Below, piece after piece: positions 1-11,987 of a stretch of 64,000 bases of DNA. The first letter of the stretch is position 1. Each line of letters begins with the position of its first letter. Below the pieces are notes generated by a model. It was not told where the DNA came from. It did not search any database and saw only the letters and a program-made list of their open reading frames with translations. Source of the stretch: Octopus vulgaris (taxonomy: Eukaryota); NCBI GenBank assembly GCA_951406725.2, contig OX597831.1, positions 52,390,001 to 52,454,000 of the forward strand, read 5' to 3'. Made by a program: the position numbers and the translations under genes.

Positions 1-223
1 TTCCACACAGTTTCCATCTAGCAAATCCACACACGAGGAATCGGTCGATTCTAAAGAAGACACTTGCTCAAGTTAACACTCAGTGAAACTGAATCTGGAA
101 CTGAACCTAGTTGTAAAGCGAGGTTTTCAACCACGCATCCATAACTGAGCATGCATACATACATGCATGCATACATACATACATACATACATACATACAT
201 ACATACATACATACATACATACA

Positions 224-256
<33 letters not shown>

Positions 257-1250
257 GGGCTGTGTGTGTTTGTGTGTGTGTGAGTGTGCATACATACATA
301 CATATACATATATTTATTTATCTATATGTATGTAAATACCACGCTAATATCGAACAGGGAGAAGGAGTCCTCAATTCCGCATTGGGGGATAGATATTCTT
401 TATTTGTGGCTTAACAAGGCAACCAATGGTTTCATGCGCAAGAGATATGAACAATTGTTCAAGCTCACCATATTGGAATCTTGGTATTCGTCTCCACAGA
501 TAGTTATTTTCTCTCTCACTGTCTTTCTTTCTTTCTCTGTCTCCCTCTCTTCCCCCTCTCTCTTTTTATATATATGTGTGTGTGTGTATATCTATCTATA
601 TATACATATATACATACATACATGCATATAGATAACATGAGAAGGAAAAGAGAGAGAGAGAGAGAGAGAGGGGGAGAGAAAGTGAGAGAGGGGGGAGAGA
701 AAGTGAGAGAGAAGAAAGAGAAGAGGGTGAAGAGAAAAAGAAGCAGTAGATAAAATATCTGGTGCTACTTTTCTGGTTACTTATGTTTTGAGTTCAAATA
801 CTGTCAAGGTTTTCTTTGCCCTTCATCCTTTTCAATTGAATAATAGTGACTACTTGTTATGTACGGGATCCATTTACTCGATTAACAATTTCCTTCAAAT
901 TCCAAGCCTTGGGCCTATATTAAATATTATAAAGAACGGCAAGCTGGCAGAATAATTAAAGCGTTGTAAACACTTTTTGGTAATTGTTCCGGCTTTTTGC
1001 GTTTCGGGTTGAAGTCTTACCGCAGTTAAATTTGCACGTTATCATTTCGGCTTTGTTAAAAGGAAGTACTAGTCAAATACTTGAGTCGATAGCATCGACT
1101 AGCTTCCCCCACTTAAAATTGTTGACCTTCTTTGTCAATAAGAAAAACAAAGGCATTGAGCTTGTAGAATCCTTTGCAGAATTTGTTTTGGCTCAAGGTT
1201 CTACGTAAAATCTTGCTGAGGTGAATAAAATAAAAGTCCTAGTAAGCAAA

Positions 1251-1545
1251 AAGGCGGAGGCGCAATGGCCCAGTGGTTAGGGCAGTGGACTCGCAGTCGG
1301 AGGATCGTGGTTTCGATTCCCAGACCGGGCGTTGTGGGTGTTTATTGAGCGAAAACACCTAAAAGCTCCACGAGGCTCCGGTAGCGGGGGTAGCGACCCC
1401 TATTGTACTCTTTCGCCACAACTTTCTCTCACTCTCTCTTCCTGTTTCTTGAATAACGCTGGGGGAAACACATATGCCACAGAAACCGGGAAACCGGGCC
1501 CATGAGCCTGGCTAGGCTTGAAAAGGGCGCCGTTTATCGTTAAGC
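1251..1545 (+). mobile_element. SINE family C (tRNA-derived) with 19-bp TSD
   Basis: Head GGAGGCGCAATGGCCCAGTGGTTAGGG...GGTTTCGATTCCC; flanking direct repeat AAAAGTCCTAGTAAGCAAA at 1232-1250 and 1546-1564. Confidence 0.85.
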
Positions 1546-2254
1546 AAAAGTCCTAGTAAGCAAATCACCTCAATATTGCTGCTCCTATGCCAAAATTTGA
1601 AATCAAGGCGGTGAGTTGGCGGGATCGTTAGCATGCTGTACAAAATGCTTAGCGACATTTCTCCCGACTTTACGTTCGGAGTTCAAATTCCACCGACGTC
1701 GACTTTGCCTTTCATCATTTCAGGGTCGGTAAAAATAATCGACCCCAGTTGATCGCTAGGGTCAATTTAATCGACTCGCTCCTTTGCTTGTGCGATGATG
1801 AAGGCTCTTAATGAGTTTTGTGTATTCAACAAAAACAAGAGAAAGGAGTCTCACTACCACATCCAACAGAACAGCCGCAACATTAGCAGCATGCAGCAGT
1901 AAATTTGTTGAAAACTGGATAAGAATAGCAAACTAAGTATGAAGGAATAGGCCTACTCAATAGGCAGCGAAACAGCGAATGAGAAAGGGAACTTGGTTGT
2001 GGTAGCCTGATCTATTGAATTCTAGTGAGGTCTTCAGTGATTTACCTTAGGCAGCCATCTCTGCTTTAAGGAACCTTTACTTTGTTGAAATTTTATTGCT
2101 ATTTGTTGTTTTCGTTATGGATTTTTTTTTTTACATTTCTTACGTAAACTCATAAATTGTTTTGGTTTGTTTGTTTATTTTTTTTTGTTATGCTGTTATT
2201 ATCTTTTCTTAAGAACCCTGTAATTTATAAGGAAAACCTCCTCCTTCTCCTCTT

Positions 2255-2781
2255 GGCGACCTCTTGGCAGATGTCTCCCACAACTGCCAACAGAACGGGA
2301 AAATTCCTAGCGCTGTTAGCAGAGCTGTGGTGACACTGCAGAGGAAGGACGCCAACAATGGGAACGTACTAGAGAATTTTCGGCCCATAACTCTGCTAAA
2401 CAGAGGAAAATAAGAGTAGAGAGGGAATTTCTGCCCCCCATTTCCAGTAAACTTGTTGAAAGATGGGTATATGTGGCGAGGATGGCACGTGTGAATGGGC
2501 CTACTCTGAACGTTCGTTTGTAAACCGGAGAAGTTGAGAAGGAGAGAAGCTCCTGCTGAGGTGCATCTAGGGGTCGGGACAACCAGAATGTATGGAGTTC
2601 CTCGGTTGGCCCTGTGAGGAATTTTCCCTTTTCGGGGAATTATTATTATTATTATTTAATTGCTTTGCTAATTATTTTTGTTACTTATTGTATACAAGGC
2701 ATTGTTCAACACTCCACTTGTCCCTTGCATTGTATCGTCCCTATTTGTTTTGAGTTCGGCCCTTGTGGTCAATAAAGAAAC
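2255..2781 (+). mobile_element. Internally deleted Tx1/L1-like LINE remnant with 3' UTR and (ATT)n tail
   Basis: 2255-2401 translates GDLLADVSHNCQQNGKIPSAVSRAVVTLQRKDANNGNVLENFRPITLLN (L1/Tx1 RT N-terminal RPI(T/S)LLN motif). It is fused directly to a C-terminal-like RKIRVEREFL...VERWVYVARMARVNGPTLNVRL*, then CTTGTGGTCAATAAA + (ATT)n. A second similar tail lies at ~3050-3120. Confidence 0.65.
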
Positions 2782-2863
2782 GATTATTATTATCATCATC
2801 ATCATCATCATTATTATTATTATAATAATAATAATAATAGTAATAATAATAATAATAATAATA

Positions 2864-2929
<66 letters not shown>

Positions 2930-3449
2930 CCTTGTATGCTATGCATATGTCCCTTCTTTTTCAGTGCATACCGTATATTGATACCTTCTTTCTTTCTTTT
3001 TTATTTATTTATTTTTATTTATTATTTCATTAACACTTTATGTTTCTTTTTGTATTGTCCCCCATCATCCTTTGCACTTGTGGCCAATAAAAGAAGTTAT
3101 TATTATTATTATTATTATTATTGAGTTCAAATTCCGCCGAGGTTGACTTTGCCTATAGTAAAAAGGATTATAATTAACATTATTGTTAGGGCGATGAGCT
3201 GGCAGAACCTTTAGCACGCTGGACAAAAATTTATTTGCAGCATTAACATTCGTCCGCTTTAACATTCTGAGTTCAAGTTCTGCCGCCGTTGACTTTGCCA
3301 TTTATCCTTCCAAGGTCGATAAAATAAATACCAGTCGAGTATTGGGGTCGATGTAATCGCCTTTTCTCTCCCAACAAAAATCGCTGCCCTTTAGGCAAAA
3401 TTTGAAACCATTATTATTTCTTTTCCTATTCCTGGGTCTGAATGCTTTT

Positions 3450-4025
3450 TGAAAATCTTTCCAGTTGGTAGGAAGGCAGCAAGGAGACTAAAATTTTGAG
3501 CAGTCATCAGATCTTGCACAAAACGAGATGATTTCCATAAATTCAACACCACTGTCAGTTCTTTTCTAAAAGATATTCTCAGTATCCAGCCATTGACCTA
3601 TCATAGGTTGTTGACAGTCTGTAATTATGATTATAAAAATATAAAACACAGCTGCGTCTGAAATATAAGCACAGGTCAGAGTTTTCGAATGTTTCATTGC
3701 GTGAAGAAAGATAGAATATTTGGTTACATGACTCATTTCTTGAATAGATTGCATGAAACGTTAAGACGTTATTTTGTATTAAGTCGTCAAAAGTCTTGTT
3801 GTATAACATGTATATCATCGGTTGTCTTGAACTCTAACATCAGTCTGGGGCCTTCTGCATAGCTACTGAGTGTGACAGATTTGGTGTCGTCTGCATTGTC
3901 GGTGAGTATGGCAGATTTCGTGACGTCTGCATTACTGGTGAACGTGGAAAATTTCGCGTCGTCTGCATAGTTGGTGTGTGTAGATTTGGTGTGGTGTGCT
4001 TAAGCTGGTGAGTGTATCAGGATAT
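3450..4025 (-). mobile_element. Decayed CR1/L2-like LINE RT fragment
   Basis: Minus strand carries YADDAK/NADDTK motifs followed by IHVIQQDFDD and frameshifted GWILR...NLWKS...DDCSKF*SP, echoing the CR1-group GWILRTF...LDYCSQLWSP segment. Confidence 0.6.
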
Positions 4026-4970
4026 TTTTGTTGACATTTGATAACGTTATGATATACAAAAACAGATCCAGAACTATGTCTTTTGGCATCTACTTATTTT
4101 CACAGATTTTCCAGGTAGTGCGGTTCAATTTAACTTTGGCCTTTCAGGAACAGGAGATCCTGATACCGAAACTTGCTTTTTATGCCAACGTTTTTCAGTT
4201 TGTAACTTAAAATTCAGTGATCGTGTTGTAAGAACATTTCATGAGATCAAATTCTACACTGTCAGCCTATAATGTACACAGCAAATTCTTCAGAATTTCG
4301 CTGGATTATTGTAAAGGCCGACAGATATTTTCTTCTGTTGAGTGTTGCTAAAAAATATGTCGAAATCGTTTAAGCTCCGCGCAATTTTTGCTCAGAACTT
4401 TTGAAATGTAGAGTATAAGTGACAGAGGACTAAAACTATCTGTCAGTCTCCTACCTTTAAAAATCGGTATTTTTCAACATTCCTTGTTATTGGACAGTAT
4501 TACTCTGAAAGAATATTTTGGATATATTTGCGGCCGCACGGCTTTTTTTCTTTTTTTCTTGTACAAGTATGTTTTATTTTGTTGTGTTTGCTTTTGTCAT
4601 TGTCCAGCGCATTCGTTAGCTATTCCCAGTGGCTTTTTGCTCCTGGCACCACCAAAAGTGAGCAATATCAACGTTAAAGACGCGAAATTGTAATGATATT
4701 TTGGACATTGAATGATGAGGAAGGAATAAGCTACGAATATTCTGTTCGTTACGTTTTTATAAAATTTTCCGTTTCTTGTGTTTTTGTTAAATTTTTGAAA
4801 TATATATATAGGTGCAAGTGGGGCTTCCCAACCACATGGTTCCGGGTTCAGTCCCACTGCGTAGCACCTTGGGTAGGTGCGTTCTACTAAAGCCTCGGGC
4901 CGACCAAAGCCTTGTGAGTGGATGTGGTAGACAGAAACCGAAAGAAACTCGTCGTATACACACACACACA

Positions 4971-5058
<88 letters not shown>

Positions 5059-5880
5059 TACACACACACATACGCGCGCGCACACACACACACACAAACA
5101 AACGCCTACATATATCCGAAACGTTAAAACACTCTCTTTCCATTAAAGCGTTAAATTAATACTTTGTTAAATTTCGTTCTGTTTGTGCTGTCCTTTTTAT
5201 AGTTCATTGGTAATTTTTTTGATGTTAGGTATGATTTTCCTTTGTATCCTTTATTAGCCAAATACTACTCAATCGCTCAATAAACATTTCTTTCATTATT
5301 TTACGCTGTCTTAACCTCTGTCTTTTAAATAAGCTCAAAGTTAGTCCATCCTCTACGTGGTCGTTTAGTATGCTAGAAATAGCAGAGCTCACGTGAGCAC
5401 ATTATAAGGTCTATAGCGAATCAAACAGTCATAACAACAAATTCGCCTTTGATAATTTTTTTTCAAATTATGCCCGTAAATCGGGAAAATATTTTCAAAT
5501 ATTTCAAATTATGCCCGTAAATCGGGAAAATATAATTTTATTAAAAAATATCAATTCAGCAAATTCCAGAAGGAAAAGAATGGAATAATTTCCAAAGGGA
5601 TCTTTTTCAGCATAATTGTAATCAACATCGTCGAAACGTATGGGGAAACAAAGTCGAGTTTCGATCCCCTAACCTTCCCAATTTTTTTCACATTAAATTC
5701 CGATATATATATATTTAAAATATCCATTTTCAGAAAATAATGAGAAAACAAAGTCATGAGAGTTTCTCATACGTGTGAAGGCAAAAATATGTGTATAGAA
5801 ATACACGTATTCATACACATGTGCACACCTTTATGCCTGCACATGTCTGTGTGTGTATGTCACAGGGTGCGCACACTTGT

Positions 5881-5928
<48 letters not shown>

Positions 5929-6237
5929 GTGTTTGTATGATGTTGTTGCGAGTGCAACTGAGGTTATTGAGATTCGTGGGCCATAGTCGATTTTGTTCAG
6001 ACCGAGACCAATGTAAAGCGAATGTGGCATCGGTTATGGGTGTGCAGTTTAGAAAGTATTTTAGATACAACAACAGCAACAACAACAACAATAACAACAA
6101 CAACAACAACCACTAGAACAACAACAGCATTACCACTTTTGACACAGAACACAGACATGACAGCTTTTGAAGCACTCACCTACATATGCACATCCATACA
6201 CACATACAAACGTTGATGTTCATTTATATAAGTATGC

Positions 6238-6270
<33 letters not shown>

Positions 6271-6383
6271 TGTAATATATTACTCGGATGTGATTTTATG
6301 TTTTTTTCTGCACTTATATAAAATATGCACATGTATTTGGGTTCATTAGCAGTGCCAAAAAGAATGATTAAAACATTTTGCTC

Positions 6384-6450
<67 letters not shown>

Positions 6451-6635
6451 TGAGTGTATTTTTACCTTGTTAACAATTAACACGGAAAAATAAATAAATA
6501 GTTACCAGGGCAGCAAAAATCTCACAAGTAAAGATGTTGTAACTCCTTGTTTATAAAGGTTGAAACTTCGTGTTTACATTGAATATTTTGAATAATATGA
6601 ATAAAAAATGGAGTTAACGCAGGTTTAAACAAGTA

Positions 6636-6731
6636 TTTTTACTTTCTACATATGTTTCGAAAATTCCACTGATACTATTCAAAAGAATAAATGGTATAAA
6701 CAATGCAATCTTCTCTTCGTGAAAGTAAAAA
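6636..6731 (-). ncRNA. Type I hammerhead-ribozyme-like motif in the PLE 3' repeat, variant core (ACGAAGA)
   Basis: Minus strand: stem I TTTTTACTTTC / GAAAGTAAAAA (11 bp), core ACGAAGA in place of CUGANGA, long stem II GAAGATT...AATTTTC, GAAA, palindromic stem III ACATATGT, cleavage triplet GUA. Confidence 0.65.
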
Positions 6732-6926
6732 AACGAAACTCGTCAATACGACATTTTAGCAAAAAATGATGGATTTGTATAGCGATAGACAGAACGCTAT
6801 TAATATTGTTTAAAAAAACGTTATATGGTATAACGTCATAAGTAGCTAACAGAAAGAGTAGGGATATTAATAGTGAATGTTAAATATAAAGGAAATTAAA
6901 GTTTAAATTATATATAATGATAGAGA

Positions 6927-8990
6927 CTACTTATATGCACTAAATGTATGTTTCTGCCAATGCTTACATCTGTATGCTCGTTCTATAACCGTGTTTACTA
7001 GAGTATTTTTAGAAAAAATAATGAAAAATAGCTCAGAATTGCAGAGAAGACAGAATTTCTTGCCTTTGTCATATGGTATCGAAATTGAGAGGATCAACCA
7101 TTCTAAATGAAATTGTTCATTGTGGTTTTTTAAATCCCAAATCAGTTTGCTGAGACCGGTACTATTTCGTTTATTTCTATCCCTAAATGTTGAGTAATGG
7201 ATAGAAATTCTTTTAGATAACTCTAACGATGTGCTTCCAATGTAAAATCGTACTTTATTACGAGTACTGATTATACACTAGTATATAGAATTTTTAATCT
7301 TAGAGTTACTTGACATAAATTTAATTCTATTGGAATTGACTTCAGATACAATAACCTTGTTATTAATATTTCTAGAGGGTTGGATGGTATTAGCTAAATT
7401 AATGTTAGTATTAGTAAATGTATTAATATTTAACAGTTTGTTATTATGAGAGGATATAATTTGCAAGAGATTTTTTGGGTTTGAAAAACCTATCCTAACC
7501 TTATGTGAATTAATTATAGAGTAATATCTAGAATTGTTTGGAAAATTCCTAGCAATAACTTGACGAAACAGCAGTGGGAGATTAGATTTAATTTGTCTCC
7601 CGTAAGGAATTATTAACCAAATATTTTTACTAGTATTCATAGCATAATTACTTTTGAAGGTGTTATATTTACTTTTAGATCGATAATAGGGGATTAAATA
7701 AGGGTTATCTGCCTTCATTCGCTTTGTATCGGTGTGTAAGTTATGTTTGTTATCAATAATTCTTTTACGACTAGAAATCTTATCTACATTATTGAATTTA
7801 CAATTAGACTGAGCAGAATCAATGTAGAAATTTTTTTCTGTATAACCTGCTTTGATTAAGGCAGAGTTATAGAATTCAGCGTTATTATTGAAAATATCAA
7901 CATTAGCAGATAATTTAGATAATCTAAATGAAATATTCTTAACTAAATTCTTAGTAATTGCTCCAGGATGATTACTAAATTTGCTAATGTACTTAAGATT
8001 GGTCAACGGTTTATGATATGGGAAGTAAGAGTCACTGTATAAATTAAGCGTAATATCTAAAAAGTTGGCCTTCGTCAGATCGTCATCAAAAACGATTTTT
8101 AAGCCCATTCTACTGAAAAAATTAACTAAACTATTCTTAACTTTTTGTACCTTTTGGTTGGAAACATTTTGGAGGTAAAGTAAACAATCATCACGATATA
8201 GACCTCCATAAATGTTAGGGAACTCTTCAGCCATTTCAAAAAGAATATATATACAGACCAAATCAGCTATCTGTGCTGAATCAGAACTTCCCATTGGTAT
8301 ATCGAAACTATCTGGTGTGTCTTTACGGACCCACAACTTATCATCAAATTTAATAATAGATCTTCTGGCTGCCAACACAACATTAATTTCTTCTCGGGTG
8401 AGACCAGCTTTGTTATGAGCAAGCCAAAGTGCCTTATTAAGTACTATCGGATTAATAGACGAATAAAAATTGGAAATATCAAACTGGATAAACGTTGTAC
8501 TCACCTTACTGTTAATAGACCTAAACCAGTCAACTACTTCAAATGAATTAGTCCATAAACTAAGTTTTAATGCTTTAATTAAATTAGGAATATATTTATC
8601 TAGTATATTTTTACTAAGGATACCGATGTCAGAGCTAGAAGGGCAGATGAGCCTTAATGATGGGTTAGTAAAAAAATCTGGTTTGTGATCCTTCAAAATG
8701 AACCGAGGTTGCTTAGGAACAAGTGGTTCTGTCTTCATTTGTAGGTTATATTTCTCCATGATTTTCATAGCCTCAATGTTGGCTTTCTTAAGTATTCTTT
8801 TATCAGCAATTTTATACTTTTTCTGAATTTCTTTTTTAAGTAATTCCAAATAATAGTCTTTATAAAGTTTGTACAGATTTCCAGTCTTATCAGATTGAAC
8901 CAACATAGTATCCATAGAATTGATTTCTTTGGTGATGTTGCGAAGATACCTCAGATGTTTATTTCTTAGTGGTGATCGTTGAAATTTTAC
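6927..8990 (-). pseudogene. Penelope-like RT-GIY-YIG polyprotein, 5'-truncated, with one in-frame TAG at 7278-7280
   Basis: RT motifs: SDKTGNLY, FIQFDISNFYSSI, PMGSSDSAQIADL, GLYRDDCL, NFLDITLNL, SNHP. The frame is open upstream of ATG 8915 to the inversion junction (VKFQRSPLRNKHLRYLRNITKEINSM). Hand translation past the TAG gives 116 more residues: SIY*CIISTRNKVRFYIGSTSLELSKRISIHYSTF...TGLSKLIWDLK...WLIL...PYDKGKKFCLLCNSE...LVN...RCKHWQKHTFSAYK*, a GIY-YIG nuclease domain ending at TAG 6927-6929. Confidence 0.9.
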
Positions 8991-9103
8991 TGCATTGTTT
9001 ATACCATTTATTCTTTTGAATAGTATCAGTGGAATTTTCGAAACATATGTAGAAAGTAAAAATACTTGTTTAAACCTGCGTTAACTCCATTTTTTATTCA
9101 TAT
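8991..9103 (+). repeat. Inverted partial pLTR copy (113 bp) of 6595-6707
   Basis: TGCATTGTTTATACC...CTCCATTTTTTATTCATAT reads as the exact reverse complement of 6595-6707. Confidence 0.92.
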
Positions 9104-9135
9104 ATATATATATACAGAGAGAGAGAGAGATAGAG

Positions 9136-9288
<153 letters not shown>

Positions 9289-9363
9289 CGTTTTCTTGTT
9301 AGAAGAAATGGTGACAAAAGTTTGGCATAAACCGATATATATATACGCACACACACACAAGCA

Positions 9364-9410
<47 letters not shown>

Positions 9411-9423
9411 GCACACGCACGCA

Positions 9424-9510
<87 letters not shown>

Positions 9511-9530
9511 CATACATATACGTATGCATG

Positions 9531-9960
9531 GAAAAGAGTCTGAAAATGCAGGGGTCTTTTAAAAGCATTTATTAACTTAATCGGTTTCACTTATTTAAAA
9601 AGATTTTCGAAAGTAAAGAATGCGTTTTTTTTTTTGTATTCTCTGTGGTGTCAAAAATTAGTTTACAAAAATGTATTCAAATCAAGTAATAGAGTCTTTG
9701 ACAATGGTAAGAAAAGGTTTGAGGCATTGCGTATTCTCTGTGATGAATAAAAAAATTTGTTTACATAAAAATTCAGTTCAGGTAATAAATTTGTAGGAGT
9801 GGCTGTGTTGTAAGTAGCTTGCTAACCAACTACATGGTTCCGGGTTCAGTCCCACTGCGTGGCATCTTGGGCAAGTGTCTTCTGCTATAGCCCCGGGCTG
9901 ACCAATGCCTTGTGAGTGGATTTGGTAGACGGAAACTGAAAGAAGCCTGTCGTATATATG

Positions 9961-10022
<62 letters not shown>

Positions 10023-10520
10023 TGTGTCTGTGTTTGTCCTCCTAGCATTGCTTGACAACCGATGCTGGTGTGTTTACGTCTCCGTCACTTAGCGGTTCGG
10101 CAAAAAAGACCGATAGAATAAGTACTGGGCTTACAAAGAATAAGTCCCGGGGTCGATTTGCTCGACTAAAGGCGGTGCTCCAGCATGGCCGCAGTCAAAT
10201 GACTGAAACAAGTAAAAGAGTAAAAGAGTAAAAAAGAGTAAAAAAGAGTAAAAGAGTAATGATAAGAAGACGAAAATTAGTTTACATGAATATATCTCGA
10301 TCAAGTAATAGAGTCTTTGACAAGAAGATAAAATATGCAACAGACCATTTAAACCTTTCGGATCTGACTTTTAAGGGTCTTGCATCTGGCTGGGGTTTGG
10401 CAGTTATAAAAAAAGTTGCAACTCTGTTTAAATGAGGGAAACCGGTGAAGCCTAAATAAGTGAAACCGGTTAAATTAATAAATGCTTTTAAAAGACGCCA
10501 GCATTTTCAGAATCTTTTTC
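9531..10520. mobile_element. Putative non-autonomous DNA transposon with ~67-bp imperfect TIRs, interrupted by a SINE
   Basis: 9531-9597 (GAAAAGAGTCTGAAAATGC...CGGTTTCACTTATTTA) is an imperfect reverse complement of 10453-10520. An internal repeat (AAAATTAGTTTAC...TCAAGTAATAGAGTCTTTGACAA) occurs on both sides of the SINE. Confidence 0.6.
9793..10259 (+). mobile_element. SINE family A (tRNA-like head, internal (TA)/(TG) tract, (GTAAAAGA)n tail), near full length
   Basis: Head GGAGTGGCTGTGT(G)GTAAG...GGTTCAGTCCC (A/B-box-like); near-identical copies at 37573, 42258 and 46432. Confidence 0.9.
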
Positions 10521-10566
10521 TCATATTTTTACTCGTACGGTAACCTCCAACTTTACTTTATGTATA

Positions 10567-10799
10567 CAGGGTGGCCCAAAAGTAGGTTTACAGTTAACAC
10601 GTAGGCACTTGAAATTTCTTTTAAAACATTTTATTACATTTAAATTTCTATCTTACAAACTGAAAACGGAGCTTGACAAAATTAACTAAATTAGCATAGA
10701 ATAATGGTTTCATATTTTTTTGTAATTAAGATCTAAACTGTTAATATATGAATGCGAAAGAGATAGTCGAATAACTGTATACCTACTTTTGGGCCACCC

Positions 10800-10801
<2 letters not shown>
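10567..10801. mobile_element. Tc1/mariner-type MITE (235 bp)
   Basis: 30-bp TIRs CAGGGTGGCCCAAAAGTAGGT(T/A)TACAGTTA with one mismatch (10567-10596, 10772-10801), TA on both flanks. Confidence 0.9.
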
Positions 10802-10832
<31 letters not shown>

Positions 10833-10873
10833 GCATATATCTATATATACATATATATATATATGTGAGTATA

Positions 10874-10924
<51 letters not shown>

Positions 10925-11079
10925 GTATATATATATATATATATATATGTATATGTATGTATGTATGCATGTAAGTATGTATGTATGTATATATGAATGT
11001 ATGTATGTATGTATGCATGTAAGTATGTGTATGTATATGTATGTATGTGTGTGTATGTATATGTATGTATACAGACACA

Positions 11080-11510
11080 CGAGGGTTGGTTGAAACGTTC
11101 ATAGGCTGACGAAGATACTCTCATCGAATGTGACCAAATGCGCTTCCTTATACATATTCTCCGTTGCTGTTCACACACTTCTTCTATTGGTGTTGCACTG
11201 CTTGGATCCCATTGGTATAAAAGCTTTCATCCTGTTGGCAAAAAATGTCATCAACAGCAGATATGACATCATCACTGTGATACTGGTTTCCAGTCAATTT
11301 TTTTTTTAATGTTAGGGAACAGATGAGTCAAAACAAGGGTTATGAACCAGTTCAACGCCACAGTCACGCACAACAGCCATCAACACTAAACACGTGTGTG
11401 TTGAAGCTGTCCTGTTGAAACAAGACAAGACTGTTGAAGCTGTCCTGTTGAAACAAGACACCATTTCCTGGGCGTTTAGTCTTGGTAGCCTTTCGTAACT
11501 GCCTCTGCAA
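11080..11510 (-). mobile_element. Mariner transposase 3' remnant with right TIR
   Basis: TIR-like CGAGGGTTGGTTGAAACGTTC at 11080. Minus strand gives [61 protein letters not shown] (mariner C-terminus). Contains a 29-bp local duplication. Confidence 0.75.
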
Positions 11511-11987
11511 GTGACATTTTTGACCTTCTGTCTATAATCTCTCAGATTTGTGTTCACTCCGTGAAAGATATGTGTAGTTTGAAGCATAAGTAACAGTCAA
11601 AAGTTGTTCTGCACCTCAAAATGGTTAGGTCTGCACACGTCGTCACTCTTCTATTGCCACAGCACTTTCATAACAAATGAAGTCACCATAAAGAGACATC
11701 TCTTTGTCATTGAATTATTGGAATAAACGCTGTAGAGCACGAGTACCACCCTCTGAATGTCCGTGATTAGTATCTAGCGACCAGCAATCACAAAAAACCG
11801 CAGGTTTTGCATCAAACTGTCTCTGTCCAAGAAGGTTGCTGTGATAACAGCGAGGAGGCCCTTACTCCCAGTGGTTTTATTGTGTGTCCTGGCACCAATC
11901 AAGGATATTTCTGCATCTCCACGTTCAGATGGAATGTCATCATATATGCTAGCTAAGCCATAGCTGGGACCCCAACAGGTGTTATTA

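Larger units (their letters stand above)
6449..9103 (-). mobile_element. 5'-truncated Penelope-like retroelement (Naiad-type RT + GIY-YIG) with inverted partial pLTR, inserted in (TA)n
   Basis: Contains a PLE-type RT/GIY-YIG reading frame. 8991-9103 is the reverse complement of 6595-6707 (113 bp). A hammerhead-like motif lies in the 3' repeat, and (TA)n abuts both ends. Confidence 0.9.

Noticed and set aside
1256-1330. tRNA-like sequence (also at 27608, 28420 and the SINE A/B heads)
   Set aside because: These are SINE heads: they continue into shared SINE bodies, some with TSDs, and do not close a proper acceptor stem.
5461-5532. Direct repeat TTTCAAATTATGCCCGTAAATCGGGAAAATA x2
   Set aside because: Simple local duplication with no associated element identified.
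7278-7280. Selenocysteine recoding in the Penelope ORF
   Set aside because: The in-frame stop is TAG, not TGA, and it is not at an expected Cys position.
11104-11135. CTGACGA...GAAT resembling a hammerhead core
   Set aside because: Lacks GAAA and stems I/III; it is part of the mariner terminal region.
11520-11985. Coding-like unique segment with GHSEGG (lipase-like) in one minus-strand frame
   Set aside because: The frame is closed by nearby stops and has no other supporting motif; unassigned, needs BLASTX.
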